A DNA stretch of 64,000 nucleotides, from assembly GCA_019828565.1 (NCBI GenBank), contig JAHDYR010000011.1, positions 545,314 through 609,313 on the forward strand, given 5' to 3'. Source of the DNA: Carpediemonas membranifera BICM. Lineage: Eukaryota > Protista > Fornicata. This document shows positions 1-10,705 of this stretch, one piece after another. The notes under the pieces were generated by a model, which was not told where the DNA came from, made no database searches, and saw only the letters and a list, made by a program, of their open reading frames with translations. A program made the translations under genes and the position numbers. The first letter of the stretch is position 1. Each line of letters opens with the position of its first letter.

Positions 1-5
1 CTTGC

Positions 6-932
6 ATGGATATCCAGTGTAACAACACCAACACCAACGGCCCTATCGGTACATTCACCATGTCCACGGGCGTCCGAAACATCGTTCCAATCCCATACGG
101 CGTCGATTCATTCACATCAGTGTTCTTCATCGACAGCAGCTCGGACGCTTACATACGTACATGTGACTCGCTCGACTGCACTAGTATCTCGGCCGCCAAT
201 CAGTACGCTATCAGCACGTCGGCGGGCGGCAACCTAGCTGCAACACGCATTATGGTGGGCACCGCGACAAAGCCCCTGCTCGTCTACTACGACACCACTT
301 CGTCCCTAGTGAAGTTGGTGCAGTGCACCACCTTAACCTGCTCCACGAGAACTGAGTTGACCGCCGTTGACCTCAGTGCCGGCAGCCCCACGACTGTGGC
401 TGTGGAGATCGAGCATGTACCCGGGGTTGGCGTGCTCGTGGCAGTGTCGGCCGACACGATTAACACTGTGGAGCTTGTAGCGTGCACGACACTGTCATGT
501 TCTGCTGTCGATGCTGCGACTAGCATTCTTACCGGGCTGACTGGTGCATGCAAGCCCGTCTTCGGTGCCACGCCCACTGGAACTCCGCTCATTGCATGCG
601 GGACTGGGACAACGGTGAGGGTTGCCCGGCTGGACACCTCCGCTGAGATGTCCATTGACCTTGCTGCTCTCGGCATCTCTCTGAGTGGCCCGTTCGGCGT
701 GGCGTTCACCAATGCCCCCGAGATCTCTGGGCCAAGCGGGTTCACTCTCGCGCTTGTCGACAACACTGGCAGCAACCTCTATGTATACGGCTGCTACGAC
801 CCGACTTGTTCGGCTAACTCGGGTCTCATTGGTGTCGATTCAGTGGCCGACGGCACGTTTGTTGCTCAGGTCGGTGATGCCGTCATGACCAAGTCAACCA
901 CGACTGCATACAGAGTCAATGCGTTCAGATAG
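6..932 (+). CDS. C-terminal part of a Ser/Thr-rich, probably extracellular protein with repeated CxxxxC units (5' end likely outside the window)
   Basis: 308-aa ORF at the window edge; repeats YIRTCDSLDC, VKLVQCTTLTC, VELVACTTLSC, LYVYGCYDPTC. Confidence 0.6.
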   Translation: MDIQCNNTNTNGPIGTFTMSTGVRNIVPIPYGVDSFTSVFFIDSSSDAYIRTCDSLDCTSISAANQYAISTSAGGNLAATRIMVGTATKPLLVYYDTTSSLVKLVQCTTLTCSTRTELTAVDLSAGSPTTVAVEIEHVPGVGVLVAVSADTINTVELVACTTLSCSAVDAATSILTGLTGACKPVFGATPTGTPLIACGTGTTVRVARLDTSAEMSIDLAALGISLSGPFGVAFTNAPEISGPSGFTLALVDNTGSNLYVYGCYDPTCSANSGLIGVDSVADGTFVAQVGDAVMTKSTTTAYRVNAFR

Positions 933-1147
933 GCGCGTTGATTATACATACCACATCGCTGATAAATCATGTTATTCACCAATGCTGTGCAAATCATGCC
1001 TCTGCAAGAATGGGGATGGAGTCCAACAAAAGCGAGTCGATAGCGGGTATGTATTCCTCCTTTAGACACGCTGCTGCCCCGCCTCGTTGTCCAAACTGGT
1101 GTCCTGCTGCGAGGAGCACTTTATGCGGCATTTTGACAGGATTGTCG

Positions 1148-2278
1148 ATGGCGTCGTTTATAAGCCGTCTAGAGGAGATTCAGGATCGTTTTGACGACGA
1201 GGAGTTCGATAAGGCCATCATTATCATCGATGAGCTTCTCAAGGAGCACAAGAACGATGTTGATCTTGTTCAAATGAAGGCCTATGGCCTTGTGCAAGAG
1301 GATCGCATCCAAGAGTGCCTTTGTTTCATCAATAAGCTCCCTGCTGAGCTCAAGGCCTGTGTCCCCGAGGAATACCAATACTGCCTCTTCAGCAAGCGTG
1401 CCTTTGTCGAGCTCAACCACGTTCTCGCCTCTGTTGACGACTTGAGCGAGTTCCAGCACTACCTCTACTCCCAATCTCTCTACAAGGCAGAAAGCTTTGA
1501 TGCTGCGGCCGAGCATCTCCAGGCTGCCAAGGCACTCACTGTGCTCGACCCCGAAGACGAGGATGACGAGGAGCTCGCCAACGAAATCATCGCCAACGAG
1601 CTCGCTATCACTGTGGCCAGTGGATGCGAGCGAGAGAAATTGGAGGCGATGCGTTCCCAGATCACATCTTCGGACATGTTCGAGGTCCTCTTCAACTTCT
1701 CCACGGGCCTCCTCGACCGCGGTGACCTCCCCGCTGCGAAGAAAATGCTCCAGCACACAGAGGAGGCAGCCCGTGAGATCCTGCAGTCCCATGACATGTC
1801 CGACAGAGAGATTACCGCAGAGCTGTTCCCGATTGAGATGGCGAAGGCCGTGCTGGCCCACACTGCGCTTCTCATGGGCGCGATTGATGGTGATAAGAAG
1901 GCGTCCGACGTTGTCCAGGCTGTGGGCGAGACTTACCGCAAGGCCGTATATTACGGCGCAAGGAACGCTCATGACGTGGCCGTGGCCAACGCCAAGGTCC
2001 TCCGCTCCATGAAGGAGCACGGGCTGCACCCGAAGCTCAAGCGGAAGACCCGTAAGAACCCCGCCCCCAAGCACCCCAAAGCAGCCGAGCCGGACCCCAG
2101 GAGGTGGATGCCCAAGAGCATACGCGCCATGAAGAGCAAGACGGGGAAGACCAGCGGCACTGGTGCACAGGGCATCGAGGGTCGGGCCGAGGAGATCAAG
2201 ACAGTGCGCCGCGACGACGCGAAGATGAGGCAGGCTATGAGGGCCGCCAAGGGGGGCGGGCGTAGGATCAGGAGGTAA
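1148..2278 (+). CDS. SRP72: Signal recognition particle subunit SRP72-like (TPR-like N-terminus plus RNA-binding C-terminal motif)
   Basis: K/R-rich stretch followed by PDPRRWMPK (SRP72 PDPERWLP motif) and GAQG; helical TPR-like N-terminus; likely start MASFISRL at 1148. Confidence 0.8.
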   Translation: MASFISRLEEIQDRFDDEEFDKAIIIIDELLKEHKNDVDLVQMKAYGLVQEDRIQECLCFINKLPAELKACVPEEYQYCLFSKRAFVELNHVLASVDDLSEFQHYLYSQSLYKAESFDAAAEHLQAAKALTVLDPEDEDDEELANEIIANELAITVASGCEREKLEAMRSQITSSDMFEVLFNFSTGLLDRGDLPAAKKMLQHTEEAAREILQSHDMSDREITAELFPIEMAKAVLAHTALLMGAIDGDKKASDVVQAVGETYRKAVYYGARNAHDVAVANAKVLRSMKEHGLHPKLKRKTRKNPAPKHPKAAEPDPRRWMPKSIRAMKSKTGKTSGTGAQGIEGRAEEIKTVRRDDAKMRQAMRAAKGGGRRIRR

Positions 2279-2516
2279 ATTGCTGGGGAGTGTGTTTGTC
2301 GTCTTCTAGAGTTGGATGACTCGCTGCCAACCCTGGAGCGGGTCCAGGAGAATGGAGGCCCAAGCGTGTTCGGGCAAGAATCTGTCGGATGCACATTTGG
2401 GATATTCAGATGCAATCTTCATCGTTGATTCGGTGATGTCGCGATTTCCAGTCACGGATCGTCTCACGAAAGTTGACTCGCGAAGACTTTTGTTTTGTGT
2501 TCTCAGAAGCGGTAGA

Positions 2517-4036
2517 ATGTCTCTCGATCTCGATAACAAGGTTGTCCAGAACAACATCAAGCTTTTCCAGAAGCGCGGTATCCTCCTCCCCACTCTTGAC
2601 CAGATGGTGGACCCCTCGAAGATCCCGCAGGAGGTCCGTGAGGCCCTCATGAAGGTTGACATCGAGGAGACAAACCCTCTTAACCTTTTCCGCATCACCT
2701 GGAAGAATGACGGCAAGACCGGCGGCTTCCGCGATGTGCCCAACTTTGTCGAGCTCCCCTCCTCTCTCACCGGCACCAAGGCCCGTATGGTCCTCCTCGC
2801 TGGCAAGTACTTCCCCACTGGCGCCCACAAGGTCGGTGCTACCTTCTGCGCCCTCGTCGACCACCTCACCACTGGCCGTTTCGACCCCGAGGTCCAGGAG
2901 GCCATGTGGCCCTCTACCGGCAACTGTACGTCACAGACCCCGCCCCCATTTACCCAGACTGCCGCGGCGGTGCCTTCGACTCCTGCCTTCTTGGCTGCAA
3001 GGCTGTCGCTCTCCTCCCCGAGGAGATGTCCCAGGAGCGCTTCGACTACCTCCGTCGCCTCGGCGCTGAAGTCTTCGGCACTCCCGGCTGCGAGTCCAAC
3101 GTTAAGGAGATCTTCGACAAGGCTAAGGAGCTCTGCGGCGAGCGTGGCGAGAACATTGTGAACTTCAACCAGTTCGAGCAGCTCGGCAACCCCGCCTGGC
3201 ACAAGTTCTGCACCGGCCGCGCTGTCGAGGAGGTCTTCAACTCCATCAAGCACGAGGGCGACGAGCTCGCCGGCTACTTCTCGATGTCCGGCTCTGCTGG
3301 CACCATCGGCGCCTCTGAGCACCTCCGCGAGGTCTTCCCCCACGTTCTCGTCGGTGTCGGCGAGCCCGAGCAGTGCCCTGTCCTCACCGAGAACGGCTTC
3401 GGCGGCCACCGCATCGAGGGTGTCGGCGACAAGCACGTCCCCTGGGTCCACAACGTCAAGAACATGGACTTCGCCGCCCAGATCGACGACGACCTCACCG
3501 TCGACGTCTTCCGCATGTGCATGGAGCCCGTCGGCCGCGAGTACCTCCGCTCAAAGGGCGTCGAGTTCACCGACGAGGACATCGAGCTCCTCGGCATCTC
3601 TGGCTTCGGCAATCTCCTTGGCGCCATCAAGATGGCCAAGTACTACGAGCTGACCGAGAACGACGTCGTCTTCACCATCGCCACCGACTCGAGCCGCATG
3701 TACATGTCCCGCCTCGAGGAGTACACCAAGGCCAAGGGCCCCTTCACCCGCGACGACGCCGTCGCCACCTACGCCCGCCTCATGGACATGCGCACCGAGG
3801 GCTGCGTCGAGATGACCTACGCCGAGCGCAAGCGCGTCCACAACCTCAAGTACTTCACCTTCGTGGAGCAGCAGGGCAAGACCGTCGAGGAGCTCAACGC
3901 CCAGTGGTACGACCGCAACTACTGGCAGCGCGAGCTCGGTATGGCTGATGCCCTCAACGTGCGCATCGCGGAGTTCAACAAGCACATCCTTGCTGGCAAG
4001 ACCGTGGCTGAGTTCCTCAAGGAGCACTCTCACTAA
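2517..4036 (+). CDS. PLP-dependent fold-type II enzyme (cysteine synthase/TrpB-like, bacterial anaerobe type); one intron at 2926-2957
   Basis: GKYFPTGAHKVGA (PLP lysine); splicing GTACGT...TTACCCAG joins two ORFs into WPSTGNYCRGGAFDS; GSAGT, HRIEGVGDKH, LGISG motifs; strong codon bias. Confidence 0.9.
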
Positions 4037-6881
4037 ACTACCCACTAATAAACTACCCATCTTGGCACCTGCTTGTCTGCCCAATACTTTATACAGCGAC
4101 TCTACTCCTTCTGAGTCAGCAGCCGTTCGACGGCCTCGGCGTCGTCCAGCATCTCCTCGATCCGGCCCGCGCCATCGAGCTGCATCGCACAGCCGAGCAG
4201 CGTGCCCCTGCACGACCGCACGAGGGTGCTGAGCCGCACCTTGGCGTTGGTGGCGAGGTCGCCATCCTCCAGGATCTCGGTCAGACGCTGAATGACGCCC
4301 CTGACGCCCGCAGTGTACCGCTCGAACCTCTGGGCCACCTCCTCGGGCTCGCCCACCTGAGCAAGCAGACTGTCGGCATTGGCGTACAGCTTCTGGAAGC
4401 CCTCGATAACATGGGTCGCCTTGTCCAGCACCGCCTTCGTCTCGATCAGTCTCCGCTTGTCCTTGTCCGCCTGGGCGATGGCTGCGGTCGTCTCGTTGAA
4501 CTCTGAGTGCATGGACTCGAGAGCGGCGTCGATCTTGGCCCGCTCCGCGAGCAGCGCCCTGTTCATCGCCTCGGCGTTCTCCACCTCGGCCTGCAGCTCA
4601 GCCTTCTTGTTGTGCAGCGCCTTGATCTCGTTGTCGACCGATCTCGTGGGCTGCCCGGTGCGCTTGAGCTTGTCCCTGTTGATGATCTGCGCGATGCTCT
4701 TGTCCAGCTCGTTCTTGTTCCTCTGCAGCTGCAGCATCGTCCGGCGCTTGAGCTCGTTGATGCTCTTCTCCAGGTCGGAGAGGTTCTTCTTCATCCGCGT
4801 GATCTCCCGTCGGAGCATCTCGAGCTCTCCCTGGCCCTCCTTGGGGTCCAGCGCCTCCTGCATCTCCTTCTGCATCGTCAGGTTCCGCTGGATCTGCATG
4901 TTCTCGGCCTCCGACAGCGCCAGGTTCTCGCGGGCAAGGTCGTGGGCCGTCTCGAGCGCGAGTCGCTTCTCGTCGAGCTGCGCGTACTTCTCCTCCCAGG
5001 CAGCCAGCTCCCCGGCCATCTCCATCTCCAGCGTCCGCACCTCGCTCGACCTCTTCTCCTGCGCAGCCTTCTGGGCGGCGAGCTGCTCGTTCAGGCCCTG
5101 GTGCCGGAGGTGCAGGTCGTTGGCGGTCCTGGCGAGGGTCTTGATCTGGCGGTTGAACTCGTCAACGGCGGCGTTGAGGCGGTCTCTCTTCGTCGCGAGG
5201 GTGGAGAGGTCCCGGGAGACAGAGTCCAGCTTGGCCCGGGTCGCCTCGATCTCGCCCTTCGTCGAGACCGACTGCGCTTGGGCGCTCAGCCATCTCTGCT
5301 GGAGTAGCTCGCTCTCGTCAGCCACGTGCTGGATCTCGTTCGTGAGGGAGGCGATGGTGCTCTCCAGGGGGCCGGTGTTCTCGTCCACGCCCCGCTTCGT
5401 CAGTTCGCCGAGCTTCTTGTTGAGGGCGTCCTGCTCCTTGCTCCGCTTGGCGATCTCGTCTGTCATCTGCGTCATCTGGCGGTCGTACTGGGACAGCAGG
5501 TCCTGCTGCGAGCTGATCTCGGCCTCGAGCTCGTCGTGGAATGCACTGAGCTTCATGATGCGGCCGTCAATCGACATCTGGTCCATTCTCAGGCGAGCAA
5601 TGTCGTTCTCCGTCTTCGCAATCTCCTCGTGGGTGCCGTAGATCTCGTCCATCATCTTCCTCGTGTCTGTCTGGTACTGCGCGGTCTCGGCACTCAGCCC
5701 GCGGACGTCGTTCTGCTTCTCGCTAAGCTCCTCCTCAAGCTTGCGCTTCTCCTCGACGGCCTTGCGGTAGGCCTTGTCCTCCTGCTCCTTCTCCCGCAGT
5801 GCCTTGCTCGCCTCGGCCCGAGACTGCTCGGTGTCGCGGGACATGGCCTCAAGGGCGTCTGCGAGTTCAACGGCCTCCTCGTCGAGCGCGGCGTTGCGCT
5901 GCTTCGAGTCTGCCAGCTTGCGGCGCTCGGTGACGATCGTCTGGTCGATCTGCCGGACCCGCTGCTGCATGGTCGCCTGGCTCAGCTGGCTCGCACGAAT
6001 CTCGGCCTGGAGCCCGCGGAGCGTCGCCTCGTGGTCCATGCGCTGCCTCCGCTTCATCTCAAGGGCCTCGTGCTGCCTGGTGTAGGCGATGTTGCGTGCC
6101 TCCAAGCCTTGGCGGGCCGTGACGATGTCGCGATCGACCTGTGCCCGCTTCTTGGCGAACTCGACGAGCTTCTCCTCAAAGGTCTCCTGCATGCTGTCGG
6201 CCTTGCGGATCTCTTCGGCCTGGAGCTCGCGCTGCTCCTTCAGCAGCACGATGTCCTCCTCGGAGGTCGCCAGCCGGGACTCCAGCGCCGTGATGGCCAT
6301 ATCCTGGAGGAGCTTGTCGTTCTCGAACTTCTTGATGTCCTCCCTCGGTGCGGTAGGCCACTCTTCTGCGCGTGGCGACCTCTTTCGACATCTGCTCCTG
6401 GTGGGTGGCGAGCGTCGCGAGGACGGCAGTCTGCTCGTTCTCGTCGTGGAGCAGATCTGCAAGCTGGCGGTCGGTCGCCTGGGAGCGCTCAACGGCGGCT
6501 TCGTGGCGGGCCAGAAGGGACTGCTTGGATGCCTTCAGATCCTCCGCTGTCTTCTCGGCCTCCTCGCGTCTCTCCGAGGAGACATGGATGCCCGCAACGC
6601 GCCTGGCCAGTTCCTGCTGGCGGTTGTAGAGCGTAGCACCGATCGTCTCCCGTTCCTTGCTCACGGACGCAATCTGCGCGTTTCTGTCCCTTACCAGGAC
6701 AGCCAGGCGCTGATATGCCTCCTCGTAGTTCTTGCAAAGCGCCTCGAGGACCTCAGGCGTGAAGTCTCCAATCAGGTCAGTGTCGTCCATCTCGAATTTT
6801 GTGCCGTGCCGTAATCTGCACCGAGGGCCAGCGGCCGACAATCAGTGGTTGACTGGGTGGTGGCAAGGCGCTGGTTTTCGC
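3740..6881 (+). repeat. Segmental duplication, copy A (about 3.14 kb)
   Basis: Near-identical to 14947-18087 (offset about 11.2 kb). Confidence 0.95.
4102..6790 (-). CDS. CCDC40: CCDC40/FAP172-like axonemal coiled-coil protein, copy 1, with a 1-bp insertion frameshift at about 6341
   Basis: Long coiled coil with ENTGPLESTIASLTNEI...LQQRWL; identical to copy 2 apart from TCCTCCCTCGG vs TCCTCCTCGG and a few SNPs. Confidence 0.7.
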
Positions 6882-6975
6882 GCCAGTTCGGAGCTCCATG
6901 TCCGCCATAGACGCAATTTGATGGAGTTCCGGCTGCGCAACATTTTTTCTTGCAAAAAGCTACGAGCAGCAAAGG

Positions 6976-9126
6976 ATGAAGTTCGCGCGAATCCAGTGCC
7001 AAAACGAGTTGATTGGGAAGCCCAACTCCGGCAAGCCCAAGCGTATCATCGTTGATGGGGAATCCCTCATCTACCACCTTTATAGCAACAAAGTTTGTCT
7101 TCTTTTCATCAAGCTCACCTAGGTTGAGTTCTCCTTCGGTGGCCAGAACGATGCCTTCATCATGCTCATTAACGAGTTTGCTGAGAAGATGAAGAAGGCT
7201 AACTTCAACATGCTCGTTGTTTTCGGCGGCGTCCCCACCGACGAGGGTGATCTCGAGGCTGCTCTCGAGAAGAACACCACCCGCGTCCAGACCATTGCCG
7301 AGCTCGTTGAGGGCTACGAGCGTGTGCCTTTCAAGCGCACTTCCTCCCGCCAGCGCCCCCCCTGCCTCCACCCCCTTGCCCGCACCGTGCTCATCGAGAC
7401 CCTCGTCGCCCAGGGCATCAAGTGCCGCCACTCCGACGGCGACCAGCACGACACCCTTATCGCCATGGTGCAGAAGCACAAGTGCTTCCTCCTGTCCCAC
7501 GACTCGGACTACATCTTCCGGAACATCCCCGGCCTCATCCGTATGGCGTCCCTGACCTACAAGGAGGACGGCACCATCTGGGCCCAGATCATCCGCCCCG
7601 CCTCGCTCGCTGAGAAGTATGGTCTGACCGTGGACCAGCTGCCCCTGCTCGCCACGGCGTGCGGCACCCCCTCTGTGCCCTTCTACCACCTGTACATCGC
7701 CCACCACCACCTCTGCGTCGAGGCCAACCCCACCGCTGTCGTCGAGGGTGAGGATGCCCCCGAGGAGGGCGTGGCCACCCAGACTGACCTGCTTCCTACC
7801 ATCATCGCTGAGCTCATCCGCGGTGGCATGGGCCAGTCTGAGCTCTTCGCCATGCTCGCTGACAAGCAGCTTCTTGCCCGGCCTGACATCGTCCTTGATG
7901 AGGAGGGTAACCCCGTTGCCGACGAGACCCCCGAGGAGGAGCTTTCCGAGACTGAGCGCGAGAAGCGCCGCGTGCTCGCCCTTCCCGACGCCGAGCGCCA
8001 TGAGCTCACGATCGCCGCCCTGACCGAGGCCATGGAACGCTACAACGTCGAGATCGCCCACCTCGCTAAGCTCGAGAAGGTCACTGCACACTCCATGCCC
8101 TTCTACGAGGCCGCCACCGGCCTTAAGGTGCCCAAGCCCCTCCAGACCGCCTACCTCGACGCCGTCCTCGACAGCCGCATCATCTCGCTCCTCATGCACG
8201 GAACTTTCTGGATCTCACCCTGCCTCGAGGACGACCGCGCCGAGCCCGCCGCCCACGTCTCCCGCAAGATCCGCCAGCTGGCGTACGGCGTGCTCCTCGG
8301 CGACAAGACCGAGGTCACTGAGGCTTGCCGCGTCGGCACCGCCTTTGTCACCGAGAAGGTCACCCCCATCACCACGCTGGCCGGCAAGACCCTGCCCACC
8401 ATCGACGCCCTCGAGAAGCACGACGTCTCCCGCCGCATGAAGATGTTCCTGACCGCCATGGGCGCGGACCCCGCCCAGTTCAAGACCCTGGCCCCCGAGG
8501 ACATCCTCCCAGCTGCAGTCCTCCGCTTCCTCGTCTCCGAGGGCAAGGTCACCCCCGAGGCGACTCTGGCGCTGCTCGAGCAGCTGTGTCACCCCACGGA
8601 CCACTGGGAACACATCAGGGCCGCACAGGTCAAGCGCACCCGCGAGGGTCTCCACGTCGGCGCCGTGTGGCAGCAGGCGCTCTTGTCCGCGAGCGTGCTG
8701 TCCCAGTGCCTTGGCTTCGTGCTCCCCGCTGAGACCCGTCTCGGTCCTCTCTTTGACGGTGCCGGTGTGTGCTGGTCTCTTGACGACATCTCCCAGGAGC
8801 GCGGCCTGTTCTACAACCGCCGTTCAGACATCTACTCCACTTCTGAGCTCCGCATGGAGGAACAGGACGCCGCAGACGGTTTCACCATCCAGAACCGCGA
8901 GTCTCGCAAGAAGGCCGAGGAGGCTGCTCTTCTCGTCACTCTCGAGCGTGCCCGTAAGATCTACCAGGCTGCCACGGCTGGCCTGAAGGTCGACACCATT
9001 GCTGACAAGGCTGCCGCGGTCGCTGTTCCCAGCATGCAGAAGTCTGGCAAGCAGATGGGCAGCAAGTCCAGCAACAGGTTCATGGGGCTCGAAGAGGAGT
9101 TCCCTGAGTACAGCGACGACGAATAA
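6976..9126 (+). CDS. PIN/XPG-like (Asteroid/FAM120-like) domain protein; intron at 7093-7122
   Basis: IIVDGESLIYHLY...GGQ, VVFGG, LLSHDSDY, LPLLATACG motifs; 30-nt intron GTTTGT...CTCACCTAG containing an in-frame stop. Confidence 0.7.
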
Positions 9127-9375
9127 AGGAGTGGTTTAGTGACGGGTAAGGCTGTGTCACTCATGTTGGTCTCATTGTCCGTTTGGGTGAATGCATCTCT
9201 TGGACGTTGCTTTGGTTTGTTGATTAATGATTGGCTCAGCTGCACTCAAATCTCATAGTAATTCACACTGCTTGTGTGTAACGAACACATGTCCTTCCTC
9301 CAAGCCGTTGACTGACTCCCCCAGCCTCTGTTCTTAAGCTGCACCATAAGCGAGCACGGCACGTTGAGACAGACA

Positions 9376-10497
9376 ATGAAGGCGAAGACTTCAAGGAAAA
9401 CAAGTAACGCGGTGGCTATGGCAAATGATCCGTTTGGATGGCTTGTAGTTAAGGACAGCGAGGGCAATCTGACGAAGGACCGATTCATGCTCGTCATGGA
9501 AGAGAATTCGATTGGGCGCAGCGAAGAGATGGATCTTGTTATAGATCACTGTTCTGTCTCTCGCCAACACTGCAAGATCATTTTTGATGCCACTACGAAC
9601 ACATTTTCTGTGCAAAATCTCACCAACAAGGCCCATGTTGTCTGTGACGGCGAAGTCGTCCAGCCCGGGGAGGTCGCGCCCCTCCACCAGCACCTCATGG
9701 TCGGCGTCTGCGGCTTCCTCCTGCATCCCAGTCCCAAGTATCTCCCCATTGTTCACAGCGATGAGGATAACTTCTCCGTCGAGGGCACACCCATCATCCT
9801 GCACAGCGGTGACAAAGAGGACGAGGAGGCAGGGACCGTGTTCGATCGGTTCGTAGCAACGCCCATGCGAGGGCTCAGACGCCTGCTGACCCCCAGGATG
9901 ACGCCGGGCAAGAGGGTGAAGACGCCGAAGAGCGCCAAGGCAAGCAAGAAGGACGAGCCTGTCGCCATCACAGGTGTTCTGGCGAAACGCGCCCACAAGA
10001 ACCCGCTCCGCGACCGAGCTGCTGCTAGGCAGTCATTCTTCCATAAGGTACAGCAACTGGACGATGACGACGATGACGTGGAGATGGAGTCCATCGCTGA
10101 GGCCGAAGAGACCAAGGAACAAACCCCCGCCCGCACGCCTGTGGAGGCGACACCGCGCAGGTCAGGCAAGGTCGAGCAGACACCTCAGTCAAACAGACGC
10201 CGCAGTGACAGGATTGCTGCTGACACAAAGGAAGAGTCCAGCCCCGAGGTCGACATGGAGGCGTCCGAGGAGGAGCCCGCCCCGGAGTCCTCCCCCCTTC
10301 GCCAGCCGTCCCCTGAACCTGAACTCGAGGCAGAGTCAGAGGAGGAGGATGACATGATGCCCTACACCATGGAGGAGCTCCAGGCGCTGAAGTGGCTGGA
10401 ACTGCGTTCTGTGTGCAAGCAGCACGGCATCACGGCGAGGACGAAGGACCAGTACCTGGCCCTCGCCCTGCCCCGGTGCAAGGACTACAAGCAGTGA
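9376..10497 (+). CDS. FHA-domain protein with disordered acidic middle and a C-terminal SAP/HeH-like motif
   Basis: IGRS...D..I....VSRQHC...N (FHA); C-terminal LKWLELRSVCKQHGIT. Confidence 0.8.
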   Translation: MKAKTSRKTSNAVAMANDPFGWLVVKDSEGNLTKDRFMLVMEENSIGRSEEMDLVIDHCSVSRQHCKIIFDATTNTFSVQNLTNKAHVVCDGEVVQPGEVAPLHQHLMVGVCGFLLHPSPKYLPIVHSDEDNFSVEGTPIILHSGDKEDEEAGTVFDRFVATPMRGLRRLLTPRMTPGKRVKTPKSAKASKKDEPVAITGVLAKRAHKNPLRDRAAARQSFFHKVQQLDDDDDDVEMESIAEAEETKEQTPARTPVEATPRRSGKVEQTPQSNRRRSDRIAADTKEESSPEVDMEASEEEPAPESSPLRQPSPEPELEAESEEEDDMMPYTMEELQALKWLELRSVCKQHGITARTKDQYLALALPRCKDYKQ

Positions 10498-10705
10498 GGC
10501 TCAGGCCGGCCTAGTTTTAAATATTGTCAGCGAAGCCGTCGGTTGAGGGGTGCATGATGACGGTCATGCGGGTCGTAAAATACCGTCATGACTCTGATGT
10601 TATCCTTCGCCATGACGTGCAGACCCAAAGTCGTCTTCCAGGCTCGGCCGGCACAGTGCAAACATCGAGCATTTTTCGACCTCGTTTCCATTGGAATATT
10701 CAGCA

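Noticed and set aside
4034-4058. TAAACTACCCA direct repeat after the PLP gene stop
   Set aside because: Tiny local slippage duplication with no evident function
4379-6814. Long plus-strand ORFs (420, 266, 436 aa) opposite CCDC40, and similar antisense ORFs throughout
   Set aside because: Shadow ORFs caused by GC3-biased codons on the coding strand; no recognisable motifs
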